Positions 41,431-49,809 of a stretch of DNA of 64,000 bases are shown one piece after another (the first letter of the stretch is position 1; the number at the start of each line of letters is the position of its first letter). Location: positions 4,557-68,556 of the forward strand of contig DASSCS010000111.1 in NCBI GenBank assembly GCA_035697515.1. The letters are read 5' to 3'. The notes under the pieces are model-generated. The model had not been told where the DNA came from and searched no databases. It saw nothing but the letters and a program-made list of their open reading frames with translations. Origin of the DNA: Acidimicrobiales bacterium (GTDB lineage: Bacteria > Actinomycetota > Acidimicrobiia > Acidimicrobiales > VFJN01). Position numbers and translations under genes: made by a program.

Positions 41431-42294
41431 TCAGGTCCGCAGCAGGCCCAGCAACTCGTCGTGGAGCAGCCCGTTGGTGGCGAGGCCGCTCCCCCCGGCG
41501 GCGCCCGGGCGGCCGTCGAGGCTGGTGAACCGGCCCCCTGCCTCGGCCAGGATGACGGGCATGGGGGCCACGTCGTACAGCTCCACCGTCGGGTCGGCCA
41601 TGGCGTCGGCACGGCCGGTCGCCACCAGCGCGTAGCCGTAGCCGTCGCCCCAGGTGCGCAGGTGGCAACCGGCGTGCTTGACCGCCAGCAGGGCGCGGTC
41701 GTCCCAGTGCGTGTAGCCGCTGGCGGTCAGGTACGAGCCGTCGAGTGCGGCGGTGGTGCTGACCCGGGCGGGCGTGCCGTCCATCCAGCAGCCCAGACCC
41801 CGCCCGGCGTACACCGCCTGGCCGAGCGCCGGCAGCACGATGACGCCGAGCGCCGGCCCGTGCTCGTCGTCGAGGGCCAGCAAGGTCGAGTAGAGCGGCA
41901 CGCCGCGGGTGAACGCCTTGGTGCCGTCGATGGGGTCGACGATCCACCGCCGGCCGGACGTGCCCCGGCTCTCGGGCTCCTCCTCGCCGAGGATGCCGTC
42001 GGCGGGGAAGCGCTCGGCCAGGCGCTCGCGCACCAGGCGCTCGGCGGCGCGGTCGGCGGCCGTGACCGGCGTGCCGTCGGCCTTGCTGTCGACGGCGAGG
42101 TCGGCGGCCTGGAACCAGCGCAGCGTGGCCTCGCCGGCGGCGCGCGCCACGTCGACCGCGACCTCGAGCAGCGCCCGGTCGACCGGCGGCGCGGCCGCGG
42201 GCGGGAGCGGCCCGCCGCCCACCGCGGGAGGACCGGGCGTCCCCGAGGGTCCAGCGGGCTCGGCCGGCTCGGCAGGTTCTGCGGGGAGGGTCAT
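41431..42294 (-). CDS. Inositol monophosphatase family protein (HisN/SuhB-like)
   Basis: Motifs ILGEE, WIVDPIDGTKAF and YDVAP. ATG 42294. The upstream track-ORF extension was rejected. Confidence 0.8.
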   Translation of the reverse strand: MTLPAEPAEPAEPAGPSGTPGPPAVGGGPLPPAAAPPVDRALLEVAVDVARAAGEATLRWFQAADLAVDSKADGTPVTAADRAAERLVRERLAERFPADGILGEEEPESRGTSGRRWIVDPIDGTKAFTRGVPLYSTLLALDDEHGPALGVIVLPALGQAVYAGRGLGCWMDGTPARVSTTAALDGSYLTASGYTHWDDRALLAVKHAGCHLRTWGDGYGYALVATGRADAMADPTVELYDVAPMPVILAEAGGRFTSLDGRPGAAGGSGLATNGLLHDELLGLLRT

Positions 42295-42367
42295 CCGGCC
42301 ATGGTGGCAGCCACGTCCCGCGCCCGGCGAGGCGGGCCGCCGAGCCGAGGTCAACCCCGGGCCGAGC

Positions 42368-42802
42368 TCAGGTCGTGGGGGCGAGCACGAAGAACAGGCG
42401 GGCCTGGCAGCAGGCCTTGCCGCCCACCGTCGCCGTGGCTGCGCCCCAGCCACCCCGGGCCGACAGCTTCTCGAGCTCGACCGTGAGCGTCATCTCGTCG
42501 CCGGGCCGCACCTGTCGGCGCCAGCGGACGCCCTCGACGCCCCCGAACAGCGGCAGCGAGCCTGCGTAGCGGTCGAGCGACAGGATGGCGATGGCGCCTG
42601 CCTGGGCCAGCGCCTCGAGCTGGATCACGCCGGGGACCACGGGGTTGCCCGGGAAGTGGCCGGCGAGGAAGGCCTCGTCGCCCGTCACCCGGTAGCGGGC
42701 CACGATCCGCTCGCCGGGCGCCAGGTCGTCGACCGCGTCGACGAACCGGAACGGCGGCCGGTGGGGCAGCAGGGCGACGGGGTCGCCGGTGCCCCCGGTC
42801 AA
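42368..42802 (-). CDS. fabZ: 3-hydroxyacyl-ACP dehydratase FabZ
   Basis: LLPHRPPFRFVD and GHFPGNPVVPGVIQLEALAQ. TTG start 42802 overlaps the fabI stop (TTGA). Confidence 0.85.
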   Translation of the reverse strand: MTGGTGDPVALLPHRPPFRFVDAVDDLAPGERIVARYRVTGDEAFLAGHFPGNPVVPGVIQLEALAQAGAIAILSLDRYAGSLPLFGGVEGVRWRRQVRPGDEMTLTVELEKLSARGGWGAATATVGGKACCQARLFFVLAPTT

Positions 42803-43617
42803 GGATCGGCCGCCAGGGCGTCCAGCGACGCCCGCGCCTCGGCGGACGACAGGGCCACCGCGTGGGCGCCGCCGTCGACGTGGACGATCTCGCCGGTGGT
42901 GGCCGGGAACCAGTCCGACAGCAGGGCCACGCACGCCCGGGCGACCGGCTCGGGGTCGCGCACGTCCCAGCCGAGCGGCGCCCGCTTGCCCCACGCATCC
43001 TCCATGGCGGCGAAGTGGGGGATCGAGCGGGCGGCCAGCGTGCGGAGGGGCCCGGCCGCCACCAGGTTCACCCGGACGCCCCGGGCACCGACGTCACGGG
43101 CCAGGTAGCGGTTGGTGGCCTCGAGCGCCGCCTTCGCCACGCCCATCCAGTCGTAGGCGGGCCAGGCCTGGGTGGCGTCGAAGTCGAGGCCCACCACCGA
43201 CCCCCCGTCGGGCATGAGCGGCAGCAGCGTCTGGGTGAGCGACTTGAGCGAGTAGGCCGACACGTGCAGCGCGGTGGCCACGTCGTCCCAGCCGGCGGTG
43301 AGCACGCCGTCGTCCTGCCCCAGGCAGGCTTCGGGGGCGAAGCCGATGGCGTGCAGGGCCCCGTCGACCTTGCCCCACCTGGTGCCCAGCTCCTCCGCGA
43401 GGGCGGCGTGCTGGGCCGGGTCGGTGACGTCGAGCTCGACGACGTCGGCGGGGCCCGGCAGCGTGCGGGCCACCCGCTGGGTCAGGCGCATGCCCCGCCC
43501 GAACGAGGTCAGCACCAGCTCGGCGCCCTGCTCCTGGGCCAGGCGGGCCACCGATGCCGCGATCGAGTCCTTGGTGAGCACACCGGTGACCACCAGCTTC
43601 TTGCCGTCGAGCAGCAT
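42799..43617 (-). CDS. fabI: Enoyl-ACP reductase (NADH), FabI/InhA type
   Basis: N-terminal GKKLVVTGVLTKDSIA, SDR-like fold, 272 aa, in a FAS-II gene context. Confidence 0.85.
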   Translation of the reverse strand: MLLDGKKLVVTGVLTKDSIAASVARLAQEQGAELVLTSFGRGMRLTQRVARTLPGPADVVELDVTDPAQHAALAEELGTRWGKVDGALHAIGFAPEACLGQDDGVLTAGWDDVATALHVSAYSLKSLTQTLLPLMPDGGSVVGLDFDATQAWPAYDWMGVAKAALEATNRYLARDVGARGVRVNLVAAGPLRTLAARSIPHFAAMEDAWGKRAPLGWDVRDPEPVARACVALLSDWFPATTGEIVHVDGGAHAVALSSAEARASLDALAADP

Positions 43618-43633
43618 CGTCGGATCCTTGGAG

Positions 43634-45034
43634 CTAGAGGGGGATGTTGTCGTGGCGCCGGGGGCGCAGCCGTTCGCGCTTGGCCGCCAGCGCGGCCAGC
43701 GCCCCGGCCACAGCCCGGCGCGTGTCGGCCGGGTCGATCACCTCGTCGACGTACCCGCGGTCGAGCGCGGCGGCGGGGGACAGGTGCACGGTGGCGTAGT
43801 CGGACTCGAGGGCCGCCCGGCGAGCCTCGCGCTCGGGCCCCTCGGGAACGCCGTCGAGCTCGCGGCGCCCCAGGATCTCGATGGCGGCCTTGGCGCCCAT
43901 CACCGCGATCTCGGCGCTGGGCCAGGCCAGGGCGCAGTCGTTGCCCATCGACTTGCAGTCCATGACGATGAAGGCGCCGCCGTAGGCCTTGCGCAGCACC
44001 ACGCACACCCGGGGCACGGTGGCCTCGGCGTAGGCGAAGGCCAGCTTGGCGCCGTGGCGGATCATGCCCCGCCACTCCTGGTCGCGGCCGGGGCGAAACC
44101 CGGGCGTGTCGACGAGCGTGACGAGGGGCAGGTTGAACCCGTCGCACAGGCGCACGAACGCGCCACCCTTCTGCGACCCCTCGATGTCGAGGGCGCCGGC
44201 GAGCTGGCTGGGCTGGTTGGCCAAGATGCCGACGGGCATGCCGGCGATGTGGGCCAGCCCGGTCACCACGCTGGGGCCGAAGCGGGACCGAAGCTCGAGG
44301 AACGCCCTGTCGTCGACCAGGTCGGTGATGACGTGGCGTACGTCGTAGCTGACCCGGCCGCTGGCGGGCACGGCCGCGGCGGCGGCGTCGGTGGGCCGGT
44401 CGACGGGATCGGCGCCGGCGACCGGGCGGGGCACCTCGCCGTTGTTCGCGGGCAGCAGGTCGAGCAGGTCGGCGACCACGTCGAACGCGGCGTCGAGGTC
44501 GGCGACCACCACGTCGGCCACGCCGGTGCGGCTGCCGTGCACCCACGACCCGCCGATCAGGTCGGCGTCGAGCACCTCGGATCCGGTGATGCGGGCCGAG
44601 GTGGCGGGCGCGTTGACGAACGCCTGGGCTCGCGCGGTCATGACCACGATGTCGGCCAGCCCCAGCAGCAGCGCCGGCCCGCCCAGGCAGGGCCCGTCGA
44701 CCACGAGCACGGTGGGCACCAGGCCCGAGGCGCCGGCGAGTGCCCGGGCGGCCTCGCCCCAGCCGTGCAGCGCGGCCATGCCGCTCTGCGCGCCCAGCCC
44801 CACCTGTCCCAGCACGCCCACGACCGGCACGCCCGCCTCGACGCCGAGCGCCAGTGCGCGGGTGATGACGGCGGTGTCGGCGTCGTGCAGGGTCGAGGGG
44901 CTGCCTCGGAACCAGGCGACGGTGACCGGCGACGGCAGCCACGGCGCGGCGCCGACCCCGGCCTCGATGGTGCCGGGGCGTCCCCGGCCGATGGGCAGCC
45001 GGGGCGCGGGCGTGCTGGCAACGGTGGCGACCAT
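43634..45034 (-). CDS. accD6: Acyl-CoA carboxylase carboxyltransferase (beta) subunit, AccD6-like
   Basis: Two carboxyltransferase halves (GGSWVHGSRTGVADVV..., LVDTPGFRPGRDQEWRGMIRHGAKL, LRKAYGGAFIVM). It follows fabF as in the mycobacterial fabD-acpM-kasA-kasB-accD6 operon. ATG 45034 shares one nt with the fabF stop. Confidence 0.85.
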   Translation of the reverse strand: MVATVASTPAPRLPIGRGRPGTIEAGVGAAPWLPSPVTVAWFRGSPSTLHDADTAVITRALALGVEAGVPVVGVLGQVGLGAQSGMAALHGWGEAARALAGASGLVPTVLVVDGPCLGGPALLLGLADIVVMTARAQAFVNAPATSARITGSEVLDADLIGGSWVHGSRTGVADVVVADLDAAFDVVADLLDLLPANNGEVPRPVAGADPVDRPTDAAAAAVPASGRVSYDVRHVITDLVDDRAFLELRSRFGPSVVTGLAHIAGMPVGILANQPSQLAGALDIEGSQKGGAFVRLCDGFNLPLVTLVDTPGFRPGRDQEWRGMIRHGAKLAFAYAEATVPRVCVVLRKAYGGAFIVMDCKSMGNDCALAWPSAEIAVMGAKAAIEILGRRELDGVPEGPEREARRAALESDYATVHLSPAAALDRGYVDEVIDPADTRRAVAGALAALAAKRERLRPRRHDNIPL

Positions 45035-46296
45035 CAGACGGGGGCGAGCACCAGGGCGACGTTGTGGCCGCCGAACGCGAAGGAGGTCGACACGGCGGGG
45101 GTGCGCTCGATGGTGCGGGGCTCCCCGGCCACCACGTCGACCGGCAGCGTGGTGTGGCGGTGGTTGGCGGTGGGCGGGACCAGCCCCCGGTCGACCGAGC
45201 GCAGGGTGGCCACGGCCTCGACCGCACCGGCGGCCCCGATGAGGTGCCCGGTGACGCCCTTGATCGAGGTGACCGGCAGCGCGCCCGCCCCGAACACCTT
45301 GGCGATGGCGACGGCCTCGGCGCTGTCGTTGTGGGGCGTCGAGGTTCCGTGCGCGTTCACGTGGCCGATGACCGAGGGGTCCAGGCCGGCGTCGGCGAGG
45401 GCCATCTCGATGGCCGCCACGGCGCCCGAGCCGTCCTCGACGGGCGCGGTGATGTGGTGGGCGTCGCACGTCATCCCGTAGCCGGCGACCTCGCCGAGGA
45501 GGGCGGCGCCGCGGGCGACCGCCGCCTCGTACGACTCGAGCACCACGAACGCCGCGCCCTCGCCCATCACGAAGCCGTCGCGGTCGTCGTCGAAGGGCCG
45601 CGACGCGCGGGCGGGGTCGTCGCTCCTGCTCAATGCCCCCATGCGGGCGAAGGCAGCCATCGTGACCGGGGTGATGCAGGCCTCGGTGCCGCCGGCCACC
45701 ACCACGTCGGCCATGCCGTCGCGCACCAGGCGGACCCCGTCGCCGATGGCGTGGGCGCCGGTGGCGCAGGCGGTCGAGACCGCGGTGTTGGGCCCGGTGA
45801 ACTTGTGGCGGATGCCCACCAACGCCGCGGTGGCGTTGGCCATCATCATGGGCACGAGGAACGGGCCGACCTTGCCGGGGCCCTTCTCGGCGTACCCGAC
45901 GACCTGGTCCTCGAGCGTGCGGATGCCGCCGATACCGGAGCCGGCAACGACGCCGCACCGCACCGGGTCGACGCCGAAGGGGCCACTCTCCGTCGCCTGG
46001 GCGATGGCGTCGTCGGCCGCGGCGATGCCCAGCAGCGACGTGCGGTCGGTGCGCCGCACCTCCTTGGGGCCCACGTAGTCGACGGGGTCGAAGCCGGCGA
46101 CCTCGCAGGCGAAGTCGACCGAGTGCGCCGACGCGTCGAACAGCGTGACCGGCGCCGCGGCCGACCGGGCCGCGAGCAGCCCGTCCCACAGCGCGTCCAC
46201 CGTCAGGCCGGCGGGCGTCTTGACCCCCATGCCGGTGACGACCACCCGCGGGCGGCCCCGGTGGTCGAGCGCGCCCGGCGTGCCGGTCACCCTCAC
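45034..46296 (-). CDS. fabF: Beta-ketoacyl-ACP synthase II (KasA/FabF)
   Basis: Active-site Cys VSTACATGAH, and His motifs HGTSTP and GHLIGAAG. GTG start overlaps the acpP stop (GTGA). Confidence 0.95.
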   Translation of the reverse strand: MRVTGTPGALDHRGRPRVVVTGMGVKTPAGLTVDALWDGLLAARSAAAPVTLFDASAHSVDFACEVAGFDPVDYVGPKEVRRTDRTSLLGIAAADDAIAQATESGPFGVDPVRCGVVAGSGIGGIRTLEDQVVGYAEKGPGKVGPFLVPMMMANATAALVGIRHKFTGPNTAVSTACATGAHAIGDGVRLVRDGMADVVVAGGTEACITPVTMAAFARMGALSRSDDPARASRPFDDDRDGFVMGEGAAFVVLESYEAAVARGAALLGEVAGYGMTCDAHHITAPVEDGSGAVAAIEMALADAGLDPSVIGHVNAHGTSTPHNDSAEAVAIAKVFGAGALPVTSIKGVTGHLIGAAGAVEAVATLRSVDRGLVPPTANHRHTTLPVDVVAGEPRTIERTPAVSTSFAFGGHNVALVLAPV

Positions 46297-46544
46297 GTCC
46301 TCGCGGCGCTGGCTGCCAGGATCAGGTCGACGGCGTTGCCGACCGTGGTCACGTCGCCGAGGTCGTCCTCGTCGATGGTGACGTCGAGCGAGTCCTCGAG
46401 CTGCATGACCAGCTCGACCAGGTCAAGGCTGTCGGCGTCGAGGTCGTCGGCGAACGATGCGTCCTCGGTCACCTGGTCGGCCTGCACCGAGAGCACCTCG
46501 ACGGCGGCCTTGGTGAGGGCGTCGAGAGCGGTTGCACGGTCCAT
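46293..46544 (-). CDS. acpP: Acyl carrier protein
   Basis: Phosphopantetheine site DLDADSLDLVEL. 83 aa. Strong AAGGAG upstream. Confidence 0.95.
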   Translation of the reverse strand: MDRATALDALTKAAVEVLSVQADQVTEDASFADDLDADSLDLVELVMQLEDSLDVTIDEDDLGDVTTVGNAVDLILAASAART

Positions 46545-46608
46545 CGGGGAATCTCCTTGGGGGTCTGGCTGGTGGTGATCTGGGAGGTCGCGGGCCTGAC
46601 GGTGGAGG

Positions 46609-47355
46609 TCAGCGACCCATGCCGACGCCGCCGTCGACCGGGACGACCGCGCCCGTCATGAACGATGCCTCATCGCTGCAGAGGAAGGCGACCACCGCCG
46701 CCACCTCGTCGGGCGTCCCGAATCGTGCCATGGGAACGACGGCCGCGAGAGCCTGACGGCGCTGCTCGGGCAGCGCGTCGGTCATGGCGGTGGTGACCGG
46801 GCCGGGCTCGACCACGTTGACGGTGATGTTGCGGGTGGCCACCTCGCGGGCGATCGAACGGCTCAGGCCAACCAGGCCCGCCTTGGCCGCCGCGTAGTTG
46901 GCCTGTCCCGGCGAGCCGGTGGCGGCCGTGATCGACGACACGTTGACAATGCGGCCGAAGCGGGCCCTGATCATGGGCCGCAGGGCGCGGCGGACCGCGT
47001 GGAACGGACCGGTGAGGTCGGTGTCGAGCGTGTGGGCCCAGTCGTCGTCGCTCAGCTGCACGGCCAGGCGGTCGCGGTTGGCGCCCGCGGCGTTGACCAG
47101 CAGCTCGACGGGGCCCCAGGCGTCCTCGATCGCCGAGAACGCGGCATCGACCACCGCGACCTGCGTGACGTCGGCGTGCACGGTCATGGCGCTGCCGCCC
47201 GCCTGCTCGATCTCGTCGCGCACCTTGTCGGCCGCGCCCGCCGAGGCTCCGTAGCCGACGGCGACCCGGTGGCCGGCGGCGGCCAGGGCGCGGGCGCACG
47301 CCGAGCCGATGCCGCCCGACGCACCGGTCACGAATGCCACACGGTTGGTCATCAT
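46609..47355 (-). CDS. fabG: 3-oxoacyl-ACP reductase FabG
   Basis: VTGASGGIGS and catalytic YAAAKAG. ATG 47355 overlaps the fabH stop (ATGA). The longer track ORF is an out-of-gene extension. Confidence 0.9.
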   Translation of the reverse strand: MMTNRVAFVTGASGGIGSACARALAAAGHRVAVGYGASAGAADKVRDEIEQAGGSAMTVHADVTQVAVVDAAFSAIEDAWGPVELLVNAAGANRDRLAVQLSDDDWAHTLDTDLTGPFHAVRRALRPMIRARFGRIVNVSSITAATGSPGQANYAAAKAGLVGLSRSIAREVATRNITVNVVEPGPVTTAMTDALPEQRRQALAAVVPMARFGTPDEVAAVVAFLCSDEASFMTGAVVPVDGGVGMGR

Positions 47356-48437
47356 TGGTCCTTCGCGAACGGTGCCGTGGCGGACCAGCGCCAGAGCACC
47401 GTGCCGACGGTGATGCCGGCGCCGAACCCGCTCATCAGCACGAGGTCGCCGTCCGCCACCGTACCGGCATCCACCGCCTCGGCGAGCGCGATCGGGATCG
47501 ACGCCGCCGAGGTGTTGCCGAAGCGGTCGATGTTCGACCAGGTACGCTCGGCCGCCAGACCCGTGCGGGCCAGGACGGCGTCGACGATGCGGGTGTTGGC
47601 CTGGTGGGGCACGAACAGTGCGACGTCGTCGGCAGTGCAGCCGGCGCGGGCGAGCGTGCGGCCGATCGAGGCCTCGACGCCGCGCACCGCCCGGCGGAAC
47701 ACCTCGCGGCCGTCCATGCGCAGGTGGTGGTCGCCGGCGGCGACCGTCTCCGCGCTGGCGGGGCGGGCGCTGCCCCCGGCGGCCACCACCAGCAGGTCGA
47801 CGCCGGCGGGGTCGCCCACCAGGTCGCACGCGACGAGTCCGGGCGCGGTGGCGCCGGTGGGCCCGCCGCCGCCCACCGGCCCGACCGGCCCGCCGGTCAG
47901 CACCACGGCGCCGGCGCCGTCGCCGAAGAGCACGGCCGTCGACCGGTCGTCGGCGTCGACGATGCTGGACATGGTGTCGGCCCCCACGACGAGCGTGGTG
48001 CGCGCCACGCCGGCCGAGGTCAGCCCCGCGGCGGTGACCAGGCCGTAGACGAACCCGGCGCAGGCGGCGTTGATGTCGAAGGCGCCCGCGGTGCTGCCCA
48101 GCGCGGCGGCCAGCTGCGCGGCGGTCGCGGGTATGGGCGTCTCGGGCGTGGCGGTGGCCACCACCACGGCGTCGAGGGCGGACGCGGCGACGCCGGCCCG
48201 GGCGAGCGCCTGGCGGGCGGCGGCCAGCGCCAGCGGCCCGGTCGACTCGCCCGGACCGGCCCAGCGCCGCTCGCGGATGCCCGAGCGCTCGACGATCCAC
48301 TCGTCGGAGGTGTCGAGGTACCGGGCCAGGTCGTGGTTCGTGATCCGGCGCCGGGGCACCGCGGTGCCCCACCCGGCCACCCGGACGCCGCCCGTGGCGG
48401 CGAGGGCGGGGGCGATCTGCTCGGTCGTGGTCAGCAC
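47352..48437 (-). CDS. fabH: Beta-ketoacyl-ACP synthase III FabH
   Basis: Catalytic Cys INAACAGF, plus HQANTRI and GNTSAASIP. Confidence 0.95.
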   Translation of the reverse strand: MLTTTEQIAPALAATGGVRVAGWGTAVPRRRITNHDLARYLDTSDEWIVERSGIRERRWAGPGESTGPLALAAARQALARAGVAASALDAVVVATATPETPIPATAAQLAAALGSTAGAFDINAACAGFVYGLVTAAGLTSAGVARTTLVVGADTMSSIVDADDRSTAVLFGDGAGAVVLTGGPVGPVGGGGPTGATAPGLVACDLVGDPAGVDLLVVAAGGSARPASAETVAAGDHHLRMDGREVFRRAVRGVEASIGRTLARAGCTADDVALFVPHQANTRIVDAVLARTGLAAERTWSNIDRFGNTSAASIPIALAEAVDAGTVADGDLVLMSGFGAGITVGTVLWRWSATAPFAKDQ

Positions 48438-48438
48438 G

Positions 48439-48729
48439 TCAGCCGACGACCCTGACCCAGGCCAGGGGCTGATCGGCGCGCACCCGCTCGCCGGGCAGGG
48501 CCAGCAGGCCCATCAGGAACCCGGTGTGGGCGCTGGTGACGGTGACCGAGCCGCCGGTCACCTCGATCGAGCCGACCACCTGGCCGGCATGCACGATCTC
48601 GCCCTCGGCGGTGACGACGTCGGGGGGCGCGGTGTGGAAGACCCCGGCAGTGGGCGCGGCGATCAGTCGCTCGGGCACGTGCACCTCCTCGGCGCAGACG
48701 GCGGAGACGTCGGTCTCGACGGCGGTCAT
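48439..48729 (-). CDS. Biotinyl/lipoyl-domain (BCCP-like) protein lacking the modifiable lysine
   Basis: The 96-aa product aligns by eye to the E. coli BCCP C-domain (APTAGVFH vs SPMVGTFY; AGQVVGSIEVTGGSVTVTSAHTG vs [23 protein letters not shown]). EAMKM is replaced by EVTGG and the protein contains no Lys. ATG 48729 overlaps the fabD stop (ATGA), and its stop lies 1 nt before the fabH GTG. Confidence 0.7.
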   Translation of the reverse strand: MTAVETDVSAVCAEEVHVPERLIAAPTAGVFHTAPPDVVTAEGEIVHAGQVVGSIEVTGGSVTVTSAHTGFLMGLLALPGERVRADQPLAWVRVVG

Positions 48730-49661
48730 CGGGTGGCTCCGGTGGGGGCGAGGGCCTCGGTCAGCGGCGCGAGGTCGTCGGGGGTCGACACGTTGAGGAC
48801 CGCCACGTCGGGCACGGTGCGCTTGGCCAGCCCGGCCAGCACCCTCCCGGGGCCGATCTCGACGAAGGTGGTGGCGCCCAGCCCGGCGAGCGTGAGCTGC
48901 GACTCGCGCCAGCGCACCGGCTCGACCAGGTGGCGGGCCAGCCGGTCGGGCCAGCCCTCGGCGCCGGCATGGGCGGCGGCGTCGGTGTTGGCGACGACGG
49001 GCGCGCTGGCAGCGTGGAAGGTGATGCCGGCCAGCGTGGCGGCCAGGTCGTCGGCCGCCTCGGCGAGCAGCGGGGTGTGGAAGGCATGGCCCACGTCGAG
49101 CGGCATGACCCGGCGCACCCCTGCGGCGCGAGCCCGCTCGGCGGCGGCGTCGAGCCCGTCGGGCGTGCCGGCGATGACCACCTGGCCGGGGGCGTTGTCG
49201 TTGGCGATCCACACGTCGCGCCCGCCGGCGCACACGCCGGCGGCGACGTCGAGGTCGGTGCCCACCAGCGCCGCCATGCGACCAGGCCGGGCATCGGCCG
49301 ACAGCTGGCTCAGGTCGGCCCGGCGGGCGGCCAGGCGGTAGCCGTCGGCGTGCTCGACGGCACCCGCGGCGAGGAGCGCCGTGATCTGGCCCAGCGAGTG
49401 GCCGGCGAAGGCCACCGGCGGCTGGCCGACGGCGTCCGCCACGGCCCGCCAGGCGATCAGCGAGGTGAGCAGCACCGCGAGCTGGCTGGCGCCGGTGGTC
49501 GACAGCTCGTCGGCGTCGGCCTCGAGCAGCAGCCGTTCCAGGTCACGACCGGTGGCGGCCTCGGCGTCGGCAACGACCTGCCAGGCGGGGTGTCCGACCC
49601 AGGGCCGGCCGGCGGCTGGCGTGGCGGCACCTTGACCAGGGAAGATCGCGGCGTAGGGCAC
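48726..49661 (-). CDS. fabD: Malonyl-CoA:ACP transacylase FabD
   Basis: FPGQGA and active-site GHSLGQ. GTG start 49661. Confidence 0.95.
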   Translation of the reverse strand: MPYAAIFPGQGAATPAAGRPWVGHPAWQVVADAEAATGRDLERLLLEADADELSTTGASQLAVLLTSLIAWRAVADAVGQPPVAFAGHSLGQITALLAAGAVEHADGYRLAARRADLSQLSADARPGRMAALVGTDLDVAAGVCAGGRDVWIANDNAPGQVVIAGTPDGLDAAAERARAAGVRRVMPLDVGHAFHTPLLAEAADDLAATLAGITFHAASAPVVANTDAAAHAGAEGWPDRLARHLVEPVRWRESQLTLAGLGATTFVEIGPGRVLAGLAKRTVPDVAVLNVSTPDDLAPLTEALAPTGATR

Positions 49662-49809
49662 GGGGTAGAGGCCTCCAGCGGGGGTGGGGTCGGGTGGGGA
49701 CGAAGATCAGACCCGCCTCGGCACCGATGGTTACACGGATCCGTGGAATGCTTCTACGCCCGTGGCACATTTAACGGTCCCGTCTCGGGGCCGACCCGAA
49801 CGGGGAACA

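Noticed and set aside
43634-48372. Over-long track ORFs that fuse neighbouring fab genes (43634-46189, 851 aa; 46609-48372, 587 aa; 48439-49233, 264 aa).
   Set aside because: Only the 3' portions match families (AccD6-like, FabG and BCCP-like respectively). The 5' portions overlap fabF, fabH and fabD out of frame with R/G/P-rich translations. Internal ATG starts that overlap the preceding gene's stop give normal-length proteins.
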